DNA of 64,000 bases from Reclinomonas americana ATCC 50394 (lineage: Eukaryota). Location of the stretch: positions 124,001-188,000 of the forward strand of contig PS015009.1 of the NCBI GenBank assembly GCA_048213135.1, given 5' to 3'. Of this stretch, positions 28,003-38,165 are shown piece after piece (position 1 is the first letter of the stretch; the number at the start of each line of letters is the position of its first letter). A program made the translations under genes and the position numbers. Below the pieces are notes generated by a model, which was given only the letters and a program-made list of their open reading frames with translations, had not been told where the DNA came from and did no database searches.

Positions 28003-29493
28003 TTATACAACAGGCTGTATCTCAGCCGGTTGACCATCTTCTTTTTTATGCGATATCAGCAAAAGACCAATATAGGTGAGCAGACCGTTGATGATGAGCA
28101 GCTCCAGCCCGATCTGGAATTCGCCAAAGAGGGCAGCCTGGTATTTGTCGATGAAGAAGCACACCACGGGCGCCAGTATCGCTACCAGCGGCACCAGGTT
28201 GTCCTTCACCTGCCGTTTGGTAAGCATACCAAAGGCGAACAAGCCCAGCAGCGGACCATAGGTATAACCCGCGACTTTGAGTATGAGCCCGATCATGCTT
28301 TTATTATCTACCCAGTAAAACACCATCACCACCAGCAGGAACACTGCGGCAAAAGAAAGGTGCACTACCTGGCGGGTACGTTTCTTTTGTTTTTCGCTGG
28401 ATTGTGTGTCACGCTTCAATCCGAGTATATCGATACAGAATGATGATGTTAGTGCTGTGATGGCGCCGTCTGCACTGGGGAATAAAGCCGATATCAATGC
28501 GATGATAAAGATGATGGAAATGTACGGCGGCATATGTTTGATGGCGGCTGAAGGGAACAGCTGATCACCGGTTTCGGAAATACCATTTTTCGCGGCATAG
28601 AGGTAAAGCAGTCCGCCCAGCAGCAGGAAAAGGAAGTTTACCACAACCAGTATACCGGAAAAGGTCATCATGTTTTTTTGTGAGTCCTTCAGCGTTTTTA
28701 CACTGATGTTCTTCTGCATCATTTCCTGGTCAAGCCCGGTCATGGTTACGGTAATGAAGGCGCCCGCTACAATCTGTTTGACGATGAACAATTTACTGTT
28801 GGGATCGGTAACGAACATATTGCTGTATCCTTTTTCCGAAAGGGTGCTCATGGCACTGCCAAAATTGAGATCAAGAGAATTGAGGATGTACAATACGCAA
28901 ACTACCAGGCCAATGAGCATGCAGGTCGTTTGCAGGGTATCCGTATATACAATGGTTTTTACGCCACCTTCAAATGTATACAGCAGTATCATCAGCAGGA
29001 TGATGAGCGTGGTCAACCAGAATGGGATATGAAACCCCTCGCCGAGGTTGGCAAAGATGCTGTCCTGCAGGATCTTCACTACCAGGTACAGGCGGGCTGT
29101 GGCGCCCAGTGTGCGGGACAGGATAAAGAAAGACGCCCCGGTTTTATACGATACCATACCCAGCCGGTGCTGCAGGTAGTTATAAATAGAAGTGAGGTTA
29201 AGCCGGTAATACAGCGGCAGCAATACATAAGCGATGATGGCATAGCCGATGAGGTAGCCGAGTACGATCTGGAAATAGGCAAACCCGTCCTTCCCTACGC
29301 CGCCGGGCACGCTTACGAAGGTGACCCCGCTGAGCGAAGTGCCGATCATACCAAAAGCCACCAGCATCCAGTTGCTGTTGCGGTTGCCGATAAAGAAAGA
29401 GTCGTTGTTGCTGTTTTTGGAAGTAATGTAGGCTACCAGTAGCAGGACCAGGAAATACCCGATCACAAAGGAGAACAAGATTAACGGCGACAT
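28003..29493 (-). CDS. Sodium:solute symporter
   Basis: About 13 TM helices; SLSGVTFVSVPG, GGVKTIVYTDTLQ, DQEMMQK motifs. Confidence 0.92.
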   Translation of the reverse strand: MSPLILFSFVIGYFLVLLLVAYITSKNSNNDSFFIGNRNSNWMLVAFGMIGTSLSGVTFVSVPGGVGKDGFAYFQIVLGYLIGYAIIAYVLLPLYYRLNLTSIYNYLQHRLGMVSYKTGASFFILSRTLGATARLYLVVKILQDSIFANLGEGFHIPFWLTTLIILLMILLYTFEGGVKTIVYTDTLQTTCMLIGLVVCVLYILNSLDLNFGSAMSTLSEKGYSNMFVTDPNSKLFIVKQIVAGAFITVTMTGLDQEMMQKNISVKTLKDSQKNMMTFSGILVVVNFLFLLLGGLLYLYAAKNGISETGDQLFPSAAIKHMPPYISIIFIIALISALFPSADGAITALTSSFCIDILGLKRDTQSSEKQKKRTRQVVHLSFAAVFLLVVMVFYWVDNKSMIGLILKVAGYTYGPLLGLFAFGMLTKRQVKDNLVPLVAILAPVVCFFIDKYQAALFGEFQIGLELLIINGLLTYIGLLLISHKKEDGQPAEIQPVV

Positions 29494-29574
29494 GCGTTAT
29501 TTTTTGATGACGAAAAAACAAAGCCGCAGCTATAGTGCGGAATTTTATTTAGGTTTGAAGATACAATTTTTACC

Positions 29575-30114
29575 ATGATCAGGTCACTGGCAGTTTTTTG
29601 CGGCTCTAAAAGCGGCAACGATCCAAAATTTGAAAGCGAAGCCCGGCAGCTCGGAGAGTTCCTGGCCCGGCAATCCATCACCCTTATCTATGGCGGAGGC
29701 AACAAAGGCATTATGGGCACGGTGGCCAACGCGGTGCTGGAAGGTGGCGGTCATGTGATCGGCATCATCCCTCACCTGCTTACGCAATGGGAGCACCAGC
29801 ACAACGGCATTACCGAACTGCTGGTGGTAGATGATATGCACATCCGCAAAAGAATGCTGTATGAAAAATGCGACGCGGCTATCGTTCTTCCCGGTGGTTA
29901 CGGCACACTGGATGAGTTATTTGAAATGCTGACCTGGAACCAGCTGAACATACACGATAAAAAAATGTTCATCCTCAACACCTCCGGTTTTTACGATCAC
30001 TTACTGGCGCACGCCCGGAAAATGGAGGAAGAACAGTTTTTATATGATGCTGTAGACAGCAGGATTGTGGTGCTTAACAGTGTGAATGAGTTTGATAAGT
30101 TAATTACGAATTAG
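29575..30114 (+). CDS. LOG family (TIGR00730) protein, cytokinin-riboside phosphoribohydrolase-like
   Basis: VFCGS, YGGG..GIMG, MHIRK, PGGYGTLDE. Confidence 0.92.
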   Translation: MIRSLAVFCGSKSGNDPKFESEARQLGEFLARQSITLIYGGGNKGIMGTVANAVLEGGGHVIGIIPHLLTQWEHQHNGITELLVVDDMHIRKRMLYEKCDAAIVLPGGYGTLDELFEMLTWNQLNIHDKKMFILNTSGFYDHLLAHARKMEEEQFLYDAVDSRIVVLNSVNEFDKLITN

Positions 30115-30187
30115 TAATTACGAATATTGTTACAACAAGGACTTAACTTTATACACTGATCGTATCCTGCACATTCGCACATTAATC

Positions 30188-30844
30188 CTACCACCTCCTG
30201 TTCTTTCCCTGGAATAGCGGCACCTGCAGGCCAGCCCTGATGATGGGTAACAGGTTCACTTTATTATTGGAAAGCACTTCCACGTAAGGGGAATTTCTGT
30301 CCTTGATCACATCCACGGCTACGGAAACATAATAAAAAAGATCGCCGACACTTTCCCTGCCATTGGCATACCCCACTCCCAGCAACAGGCTTGGGGCTGA
30401 TACGTTGGAGACTTCACTTGGACTGCCGTCTGCATAAATGAATTTATCACGGATAAAATTCTGTTCTACCTGCGCCTGTACGAACAGGAATTTCAGCGGG
30501 TAAAATTTCACGAAAGCACCGGGACCGTAGGTAGTTTGCCTTTGCTTATCGTCGCTGTAATAGTAGCCGTAGTAAGGATCATAATACAACACATGCCGGT
30601 TAGAACCGTACACGAAATTGAACAGCACGCCGGCGTCCAGCCATTTGTTGATACTGTAACCAAACACAGGCGAAGCGCCCGCTACAAAAGTGTTTCCGGA
30701 AAAGGATAAGGTGATGCCACCGCCGGTGAACAGGTGATCTTTTTTGAAGCCGCCTTTTTTCTCTTCATTTTTTTCTTCAGGCTCTTGCGCAAACGCGGTG
30801 CAGCCAATAGTAAGTAAGGCTGCCGCCAGTAGGATTCTTCTCAT
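30188..30844 (-). CDS. Exported hypothetical protein, probable beta-barrel
   Basis: Start re-assigned to MRRILL (signal peptide); alternating aromatic/Gly strands. Confidence 0.7.
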   Translation of the reverse strand: MRRILLAAALLTIGCTAFAQEPEEKNEEKKGGFKKDHLFTGGGITLSFSGNTFVAGASPVFGYSINKWLDAGVLFNFVYGSNRHVLYYDPYYGYYYSDDKQRQTTYGPGAFVKFYPLKFLFVQAQVEQNFIRDKFIYADGSPSEVSNVSAPSLLLGVGYANGRESVGDLFYYVSVAVDVIKDRNSPYVEVLSNNKVNLLPIIRAGLQVPLFQGKNRRW

Positions 30845-30914
30845 GTGACTATTTTTTATGGTTTCCGAATGACTATACCGGTTGGTTGGAGCCCGGTTAA
30901 GCTCCATAGTTTAA

Positions 30915-32330
30915 TCAGTTATCGAATATTTTTCCGCGGTTGAGGATATTATTCGGATCAAATACTTTTTTGATGCCCCGCATCAGTTCCAACTGCGACT
31001 GCTCAAAAACAATGTCCATGTATTCTTTCTGTATCAGCCCAATGCCATGCTCACCGCTGATGGTACCACCCAGTCTTTTTACCAGTTCAAAAAGGGCACG
31101 CAGGGCGGGGATCACTTCAGGATTATTGAGGCTGTAAATACTGCCCGGTTTTTTGATGCGGATGTGCAGGTTGCCATCGCCGGCATGCCCGTAACACACG
31201 GCTTTGAACTGGTACTGCTCTCCCAGCGCTTTTACGCCACGGATGAGCGCCGGCAGTTCGGCACGGGGTACTACGGTGTCTTCTTCAATGGTATACCCGT
31301 CTATTTTCACCGCCTCTGCAACACGGCGGCGCAGCTTCCAGAGTTCGGCTTTTTGCTGGGCATCGTCGGCAAAGAACAGCTCACCGCAATCATACTGCTG
31401 CAGCAGTTCCGATATAGCTTCCATTTCGCTCATCAGTGTTTCAGCATGGTTACCGTCCACTTCAATGATGAGGTGGGCAGCCGTTCCTTCCGATACCGGC
31501 ACGGCAGAACTGTCCACAAAAGCGCTTACAATGTTCAACGCGTCGATCTCCATCAACTCCAGTGCGCTGGGTGTAAAGCCTGCCCTGAAAATGGCGCTCA
31601 CAGCCTCTCCCGCTCTTTCCAGTGAATTGAAAGGCGCCAGCATCAGCAGATCGTATTTAGGGAATGGCAGTAATTTCAAAACAATTTTAGTTACAATACC
31701 CAGGGTGCCTTCGCTGCCTACAATGAGTTGTGTAAGGTTATAGCCGGTTGAGTTTTTCAGTACATTGGCGCCGGTCCAGATGATATCACCTGTTGGCAGC
31801 ACGACCTGCAGGTTCAGTACATAATCTTTTACCACACCATATTTTACGGCTTTGGGGCCGCCGCTGTTCTCTGCAATATTACCGCCGATAAAACAACTGC
31901 CCCTGCTGCTGGGATCGGGCGGATAGAACAGTCCTTTTTCCTTTACCGCGTTTTGCAGCACTTCGGTGATCACGCCCGGCTCGGTAGTTACCTGCAGGTT
32001 ACGTTCATCGATATGCAGTATGCTGTTCATCCTTTCCGTAGAGATCAGTACGCCACCCAGGTTGGGCAATGCGCCGCCGCTCAGCCCGGTTCCGGCGCCG
32101 CGGGGCGTTACGGGTATGCGATGCTCATTACAGGTGCGCATGATGGCGCTCAGCTCTTCCGCTGTTCGGGGCCTGATGACCACATCGGGTAAAAAATGCA
32201 GGTTCTCAGTTTCGTCGTGGGCATAATTACTCATCGTTTCCTCGTCAACGATCACGTGCTCCGCACCGCAGACGTCCCTGAAATGATTGAGTAATGTTGG
32301 TATGCTGCCCGGGTTTTCTCCAATCGGCAT
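30915..32330 (-). CDS. FAD-linked oxidase (GlcD / D-2-hydroxyacid dehydrogenase-like)
   Basis: PRGAGTGLSGG, PPDPSS, GSEGTLG, HAGDGNLH, GEHGIG. Confidence 0.92.
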   Translation of the reverse strand: MPIGENPGSIPTLLNHFRDVCGAEHVIVDEETMSNYAHDETENLHFLPDVVIRPRTAEELSAIMRTCNEHRIPVTPRGAGTGLSGGALPNLGGVLISTERMNSILHIDERNLQVTTEPGVITEVLQNAVKEKGLFYPPDPSSRGSCFIGGNIAENSGGPKAVKYGVVKDYVLNLQVVLPTGDIIWTGANVLKNSTGYNLTQLIVGSEGTLGIVTKIVLKLLPFPKYDLLMLAPFNSLERAGEAVSAIFRAGFTPSALELMEIDALNIVSAFVDSSAVPVSEGTAAHLIIEVDGNHAETLMSEMEAISELLQQYDCGELFFADDAQQKAELWKLRRRVAEAVKIDGYTIEEDTVVPRAELPALIRGVKALGEQYQFKAVCYGHAGDGNLHIRIKKPGSIYSLNNPEVIPALRALFELVKRLGGTISGEHGIGLIQKEYMDIVFEQSQLELMRGIKKVFDPNNILNRGKIFDN

Positions 32331-32461
32331 GTAACATTATTTATGTAAAAATCGTATAAAATAGCGAGTTGATAAAATCAACACGATCAGGAGGGTACGA
32401 CAGACAGCCCCATAAAATGTTAAAATTTATTAAGGGTGGGTAAAAATGTGAAAACCCGGAC

Positions 32462-32486
32462 TATATTTGCTACGAAGTATTTCGTA
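32462..32486 (+). promoter_or_regulatory. -7 promoter box followed by palindromic operator
   Basis: TATATTTG (32462-32469), then TACGAA-GTAT-TTCGTA (32471-32486). Confidence 0.6.
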
Positions 32487-32514
32487 ATAATTCTTAACCA
32501 ATTAAAGTAAAGCC

Positions 32515-33342
32515 ATGAAACAATTTCTTTTAAAAAACAAACGGGCGATCACCGGTGTCGCCGCGGCCCTTTGTATAGGGGTCATTGCCCTGTCCTTCCA
32601 GGACTCTCCATTCGTAACGCACGACTTCAGCAGCTACGACAGCGTGAAGAAAAGCTGCGACACGGTTCCTGACCACGACTACAACAATTCCATGAAGATG
32701 AAGGATTTTGACAGGATCATCAATGAACTGGACCAGACCATGCTCAAAACCAGCGATGAGCTGAAAAAGATCGATATGGACAAGATCATGAAAGATGTTG
32801 AAGTGTCCCTGGCCTCCATCGACGCGGAAAAGATCATGAAAGATGTACAGCTTTCCCTGAAACAGGTTGACCTGGACAAGATCATGCAGGATGTAAAAGA
32901 ATCGCTGCAGAGCATTAAGGACATCAAAATTGAGGATGTGAACGGGGAAGTGGAAAAAGCGCTGAAAGAAGCCAAAGTGGAAATGGAAAACGCTAAAAAG
33001 GAAATGGATAAAGTAGATACCAGATCCATCCGCCGCGAACTGGAAAAAGCCAAAGAAGAAGTGGAAAAAAGCAAACTGGAGATCGGCAAAATCGACATGG
33101 GTAAGATCATGGACGAAGCAAAAGAAGGTATCGATAAAGCCAAAACAGAACTGCGCCAGATCAAAGCCATGTTCCTGGAAATGGAAAAAGACGGGCTGGT
33201 GGATACCAAAAAAGGATTCAGCATTGAATACAAAAACAAAGACCTGTACATCGACGGTAAAAAACAATCCGAACAGGTAACCGATAAATACCGCCACTAT
33301 TTCAAAGATGATCATTTTAAAATGACCATCGAAAAAGAATAG
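32515..33342 (+). CDS. Exported helical/coiled-coil hypothetical protein with 16-aa repeats
   Basis: N-terminal hydrophobic segment, three DKIMKDV-type repeats at 48-nt spacing, C-terminal LYIDGKKQ domain. Confidence 0.8.
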   Translation: MKQFLLKNKRAITGVAAALCIGVIALSFQDSPFVTHDFSSYDSVKKSCDTVPDHDYNNSMKMKDFDRIINELDQTMLKTSDELKKIDMDKIMKDVEVSLASIDAEKIMKDVQLSLKQVDLDKIMQDVKESLQSIKDIKIEDVNGEVEKALKEAKVEMENAKKEMDKVDTRSIRRELEKAKEEVEKSKLEIGKIDMGKIMDEAKEGIDKAKTELRQIKAMFLEMEKDGLVDTKKGFSIEYKNKDLYIDGKKQSEQVTDKYRHYFKDDHFKMTIEKE

Positions 33343-33365
33343 GCTTACTAAGCATGAGCTAAATA

Positions 33366-33402
33366 AAAAGGACCGGCAGAGCGCATACTCGCCGGTCCTT
33401 TT
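33366..33402. terminator. Bidirectional intrinsic terminator
   Basis: AAAAGGACCGGC...GCCGGTCCTTTT between convergent genes. Confidence 0.8.
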
Positions 33403-33423
33403 ACATTATAGAGGAGGGTAATT

Positions 33424-34491
33424 TTAGAATTTAGGGCAAAGCGACTGGCGGTCCACCGTTTCAGGATAGAATCCTTTCTTAATGAGACTGATCTCGCTTC
33501 CGCCTTTATAACCATTAAACTTACTTAAGCTGGATAAAGTGAAATCGTAACTGTACGTGATTTTTACAGACCCCAGTTCAAAGCCCACAACAGGCGCAAC
33601 CGCATCACCCAGCCGGTAATATACACCGGCGATGAGTTGCTTCTCACCGAATTCGGACAGGTTATAATTCGCATTCATGCCCAGCACCAGTTCGGTGGCC
33701 CTGGCCTGCGTGGAGAAATAGGCATTGGGGTTAATGATCACCCGGGGATTCACTTTCAGCAGGGCATTCACAAAGCCGGTGTGCCGGAAAGGTATGCGTC
33801 CTTCATTCGTCAGGTCAGCAAAAAAAGTTTCTTTAGGCCTGTTCACATGCATGATGGAGTACCCCGCATTGATGTATACATTCTCACTGGGGAAGTAAGC
33901 GTAATTCACGCCTGCCTGCATATCCAGGTAACTTACATTGTTATTGGTCAGCACCACGGAGGTAGGCAGTGTGTTGTCGAAGAATTTACCATCGAACTGG
34001 TCAGGAAATTTCAGTTTACTCTGGTCAATACGTTTGTTGGCCCAGCCAATGTTGAACCCTGCGGATACCAGGCTGCTGTTGCCCAGCATCTGGTGGTAGG
34101 CGATGGAACCATACACTTTGGTACTCCTGAGGCTGCCGCTGCCGGCCACATCATACAATACCAGTGCGCCCAGTCCGAGCCAGCCGTTTTCCAGCCTGTC
34201 CCTGAACACCTGGGCGTCGCCGAAAATGGTTCCTGTTTTATAAGGCACCGTCATCACGTTACTCCATTGCTGGCGGTAGCTGCCGCCAATACGGTAATCA
34301 GCATCGGGAATAAAACCCGTGTTGGCCGGGTTAGTCACCAGCGGTGTATTGAAGTATTGTGAAAAGTGAAGGTCCTGCGCCTTGCCGCCCGTTGCCGCCA
34401 GCACCAGCAATAACAAGAGGTTCCACGCAAAATAATATTGCCTGTGCTCCTGTTTGCCTTTCTTCTTATGATATGCTATTGCCTCGTTCAT
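33424..34491 (-). CDS. PorP/SprF-family T9SS membrane protein
   Basis: QDLHFSQYF..PL..NPA.TG, YRQQW, YSYDFT...S...GGSEISL; lies directly after a type B CTD cargo gene. Confidence 0.92.
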   Translation of the reverse strand: MNEAIAYHKKKGKQEHRQYYFAWNLLLLLVLAATGGKAQDLHFSQYFNTPLVTNPANTGFIPDADYRIGGSYRQQWSNVMTVPYKTGTIFGDAQVFRDRLENGWLGLGALVLYDVAGSGSLRSTKVYGSIAYHQMLGNSSLVSAGFNIGWANKRIDQSKLKFPDQFDGKFFDNTLPTSVVLTNNNVSYLDMQAGVNYAYFPSENVYINAGYSIMHVNRPKETFFADLTNEGRIPFRHTGFVNALLKVNPRVIINPNAYFSTQARATELVLGMNANYNLSEFGEKQLIAGVYYRLGDAVAPVVGFELGSVKITYSYDFTLSSLSKFNGYKGGSEISLIKKGFYPETVDRQSLCPKF

Positions 34492-34505
34492 GCTTTTAAA
34501 TTTCT

Positions 34506-37500
34506 TTATCGGAGCAGGGTGATGTCCCCTGTCTTCCTGAATTTTACACCATCTGTAAATACTACGTCAAGTGTATAGGTATATACGTCCATGGGTTGCA
34601 GTGCGCCTTTGAATTTACCGTCCCATCCCTGGTTGCGGTCCTCGGTCTGGAATACGACCTGCCCCCAGCGGTTGTATATTTTCCAGCTCATCTGCCCGAT
34701 ACCAAATCCCATTACACGTACCACATCTGCACTGCCGGTAAACCTGCCGGGTGTAAAGGCGTTGGGTACATCGAGCAATGGCTTGATGAGCGCCTGCACA
34801 TCAAGCGTGATACTGTCTACACAATTGGCCACATTGTAAGCATACAAAGTTGCCTGGAAGGTGCCGGTGGAATTGTACTGGTGTACGGGATTCACCTGTG
34901 TGGAGGTTTCCCCATCGCCGAAATTCCAGAGATAGCGGGTGGCACCAACAGACAGGTTGGTAAAACGCGTGGGCCTGTTCTCTTCCGCCGGGTTGGGCGC
35001 CCAGCTGAAATTAGCTGTGGGTATGGGATACACGGTAATAGTAAAATAGGCGGATGTGTCCCGTTTATTACAGGTATTATCGTCAATAGCAATCAGCCGT
35101 ACATTGTAAGTACCTACCGCGGTATATTCATGCGTAGGATTAGGATCGGTGGAGGTTTGCGTATCGCCGAATTCCCATATAAAATCCGTACCGCCGATGG
35201 AAGTATTTTTAAACTCAGCTTTGTAAGGTACGCAGCCGATGGGGTTTACCTCAAACTGTGCTTTTACATTAGGACTGATGCGCAGCGTTTTTTTGACCGA
35301 GTCGGGCGAATTACAGAACGTGGTATCATCTACCACCAGCGTTACTTCATAAGTGCCGGTAGAAGGATAAGTATGTATCTGTGAGCCAAAGCCGGTACGT
35401 ATGCGGGGCGAGCCATCACCAAAATCCCAGATGAAGGTTTTGTTGGTATAGTTAGGCAGCACAGCCGTGGTCAGGTTGTCAAACCGGTAACGAAGACTGC
35501 TGCAGCTGTCGAGTTTGGTAAAGCTGAAATCGGGTTTGACTTCATTATTACCCACTTTTACGCTGATGTACGCCGTATCGGCAATATTACAGGTAGAAGA
35601 GTCGATAGACACCAGCATGAGCTGGTAAGTGCCCACCTGGTTGTACGTATGACTGCTGGTATTGTTGGGCGCATAGGTCGTATCCGGTTTGGGATAAGTA
35701 GGATCGCCGTAATGCCAGATGTACATTTTTCCTTTGGCAAGTGTATCGGTAAACTTGATGGTGAGCGGTACACAACCTACCGTATCCACTACCCCGCCAA
35801 TGGTCGCTTTTACACTGGCACCCACGCCAGAAAAGTTCATCTCAATTTTAACAGCGGCCTGGTTACAGCCGATCGTTCCGTTATTCACGGCCCATACACC
35901 CGCGGTAGTAGGAAAGGGCACATCCCTGCCGCAGTTGGCACATATGCCCTGGTAAATAACACCATTGGCATCAAAACGGCTGGTACCGCCATCCACGTGA
36001 TCACCAACGCCGCCGTTCTGCCCGAAGTGTGTTCCGAACAGTTGGCTGTTGGCATCGCGTTCCAATACAAAAAAGTAGAAATCGGCGCCATCGGCTGCAG
36101 GTAAACCCGGTATGGGGTTGACTTCGGGCATACCATTGGTACCGGCAGACTGGAATAACTGGGTAATATTGAGACCACCGCCCCAGCCGGAAACGTATAC
36201 ATTCTGGCACCGGTCAACCAGGAAGGCTACCGGCGAAAGATTAGGAACCGCGGCGGCTGTTCCAAATACCGTGGAGTAAACAAAATTGGACAGGTCGGGC
36301 TGCAGTTTCGAAATAAACTGTTTGGACCCGGGGTTGCTGAACGTGGCATTCACTACCGGCCAGTTGCCCGTAGTGGTACCCATGATGTAAGGGAAACCGA
36401 ATTTATCGAACTGGATACCATATACGAGGTCATTACCTGATGTACCCATGAATGTTGTTTTGAGGAAGGGTCCGCCCGTTGTCGCGATCGAAGTGATAAA
36501 ACCGTCGCATTCCCCGCCCTGGAACGTGCTCCTGTATACACCTGTTTTATCGCCGGGTATGCTGGTGCTGGTTGTGCCGCCGGCAACATACAGTATGCCG
36601 GATACGGGGTTGATGGACAATACAAACGCCGCATCATCACCACCGCCGCCAAAAAAGGTACTGTAAGTAAGCGCCAGGCTGGGCGTGAATTTCAATAGGG
36701 CGCCGTCCTGCCTGCCGCCGCCAAATGAGGCCTGGCCTGCGGTAGCGGTCACGGGAAAATCGGAGGATTGGGTACAGGAAGCCAGGTATACATTACCTGC
36801 CGCGTCGAGGATCACTTCGCTGCGGGCATCATCGCCATAGTTCCTGCGGGTGGCATCGGTACCGGGCGGGTTGGCATATTTATGCCTGATATTGACACCA
36901 TCGTTATTGCTGCCTCCTATTTTGGTGGAAGCAATCATCGCACCGCTACTGTTGAATTTGGTGATCACGATATCATAACCGCCCAAAGCCGTATTGGCCG
37001 TGGTTACGGGGTAATTGGTCGAAAAACTCCTGCCCGCCATTACCAGGTTACCCTGTGCATCGCACATCAAACTGTGGGGTTGTTCGTTGCCTGAGCCGCC
37101 CACATAAGTGGCATACATCCTGTTCCTGCCATTGGGCGATAATTTCATTAACGCGATATCATAAGGGAATAAACCATTCTCCGTTACACCACCGCCAAAA
37201 GTGGCCTGGTAAGCGCCCGGTGAAGTGGGGTAACCTTCGCCATAACATACACCGCCCATAAAGAAACTGCCGTCGGGGCCCGGCGTAGCAGTGAAGCCCC
37301 AGTTATCGGCCGTGCTGCCGGTGAAGCTGGAGAAGATCAGCGAAGGGTCAACAACCAGTGTGCTGGCGGGATCATAATCCCCTACTTTGAAGCGAACGAT
37401 GTTACCGTTGACAACATATTTACAGTCAACCGTATTTCTTTTACCCGCAACAGAGGACTGGTAACTATAAGGATACAACTCTTTTACATCACCTACAGAA

Positions 37501-38090
37501 GTACTAATCACCAGTTCTTTATTCTTCACCTGCAGGCGATCGGCACCCTGGTAACGCATAGCGATGGCGTTTACATTGCCGCCGGGCTTTACAATAAAAT
37601 CGTACTTCAGTTTATCGCCGTCGCTGTAATAACGTACATCAATATTCGGGTACACGTTGGCGTAAGTAACGGCATTATAGATGCGGCATTCATCGGCCCA
37701 TTTGGATCGGTCCTGGCCAATGAAATAGTTGTTGTAATTGGGCAGCATTTTATCGGGCACAGCCATTACTTTGGAAGAGCTGCCAAGGAATTCTACTTTA
37801 TAAGCGTGTGATCTTACAGTAACAACGGGTTTGGGGTTCTGGCTGCCGATGCCGTGCCCGTGCATCAGTTCCGACAGTTTTGCGAGGTCGTCGGGGTTGC
37901 TCATCTGTACGGTAAACCCATTATTTTCAAGATAGAAAGCCCCGTAGGAAAAATTGCCCCGGTAATTGACACGGCCATCCCACTGGCCTTTGTTCTCAAT
38001 AAATTCCATCTGGGCCCGGGAAGAGAAGGTCAGTGTAAGGATCAAAAGAAGTAAGTAGAAACGAGGTAGTATTTTCCTGGATAAGTTCAA
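34506..38090 (-). CDS. T9SS type B cargo: beta-propeller (SBBP-like) plus PKD domains plus gliding-motility C-terminal domain
   Basis: FIENKGQW, PKD motifs WDFGDG, type B CTD PNAFTP...IYNRWG...WDG...GDITLLR. Confidence 0.9.
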   Translation of the reverse strand: MNLSRKILPRFYLLLLILTLTFSSRAQMEFIENKGQWDGRVNYRGNFSYGAFYLENNGFTVQMSNPDDLAKLSELMHGHGIGSQNPKPVVTVRSHAYKVEFLGSSSKVMAVPDKMLPNYNNYFIGQDRSKWADECRIYNAVTYANVYPNIDVRYYSDGDKLKYDFIVKPGGNVNAIAMRYQGADRLQVKNKELVISTSVGDVKELYPYSYQSSVAGKRNTVDCKYVVNGNIVRFKVGDYDPASTLVVDPSLIFSSFTGSTADNWGFTATPGPDGSFFMGGVCYGEGYPTSPGAYQATFGGGVTENGLFPYDIALMKLSPNGRNRMYATYVGGSGNEQPHSLMCDAQGNLVMAGRSFSTNYPVTTANTALGGYDIVITKFNSSGAMIASTKIGGSNNDGVNIRHKYANPPGTDATRRNYGDDARSEVILDAAGNVYLASCTQSSDFPVTATAGQASFGGGRQDGALLKFTPSLALTYSTFFGGGGDDAAFVLSINPVSGILYVAGGTTSTSIPGDKTGVYRSTFQGGECDGFITSIATTGGPFLKTTFMGTSGNDLVYGIQFDKFGFPYIMGTTTGNWPVVNATFSNPGSKQFISKLQPDLSNFVYSTVFGTAAAVPNLSPVAFLVDRCQNVYVSGWGGGLNITQLFQSAGTNGMPEVNPIPGLPAADGADFYFFVLERDANSQLFGTHFGQNGGVGDHVDGGTSRFDANGVIYQGICANCGRDVPFPTTAGVWAVNNGTIGCNQAAVKIEMNFSGVGASVKATIGGVVDTVGCVPLTIKFTDTLAKGKMYIWHYGDPTYPKPDTTYAPNNTSSHTYNQVGTYQLMLVSIDSSTCNIADTAYISVKVGNNEVKPDFSFTKLDSCSSLRYRFDNLTTAVLPNYTNKTFIWDFGDGSPRIRTGFGSQIHTYPSTGTYEVTLVVDDTTFCNSPDSVKKTLRISPNVKAQFEVNPIGCVPYKAEFKNTSIGGTDFIWEFGDTQTSTDPNPTHEYTAVGTYNVRLIAIDDNTCNKRDTSAYFTITVYPIPTANFSWAPNPAEENRPTRFTNLSVGATRYLWNFGDGETSTQVNPVHQYNSTGTFQATLYAYNVANCVDSITLDVQALIKPLLDVPNAFTPGRFTGSADVVRVMGFGIGQMSWKIYNRWGQVVFQTEDRNQGWDGKFKGALQPMDVYTYTLDVVFTDGVKFRKTGDITLLR

Positions 38091-38165
38091 GCGAATCTTT
38101 TTTACAATTTACTAATATAAAACGACATCTGCAGGGCGTATTCAGTTACAGAATGGTTAAAATAG

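Noticed and set aside
32530-33315. Long antisense ORFs (261 and 190 aa) rich in Phe/Ser
   Set aside because: Mirror of the Lys/Glu-rich sense gene; no independent features.
33424-38090. Type B CTD cargo plus PorP/SprF pair as a novel system
   Set aside because: Established T9SS arrangement (SprB/SprF-like).
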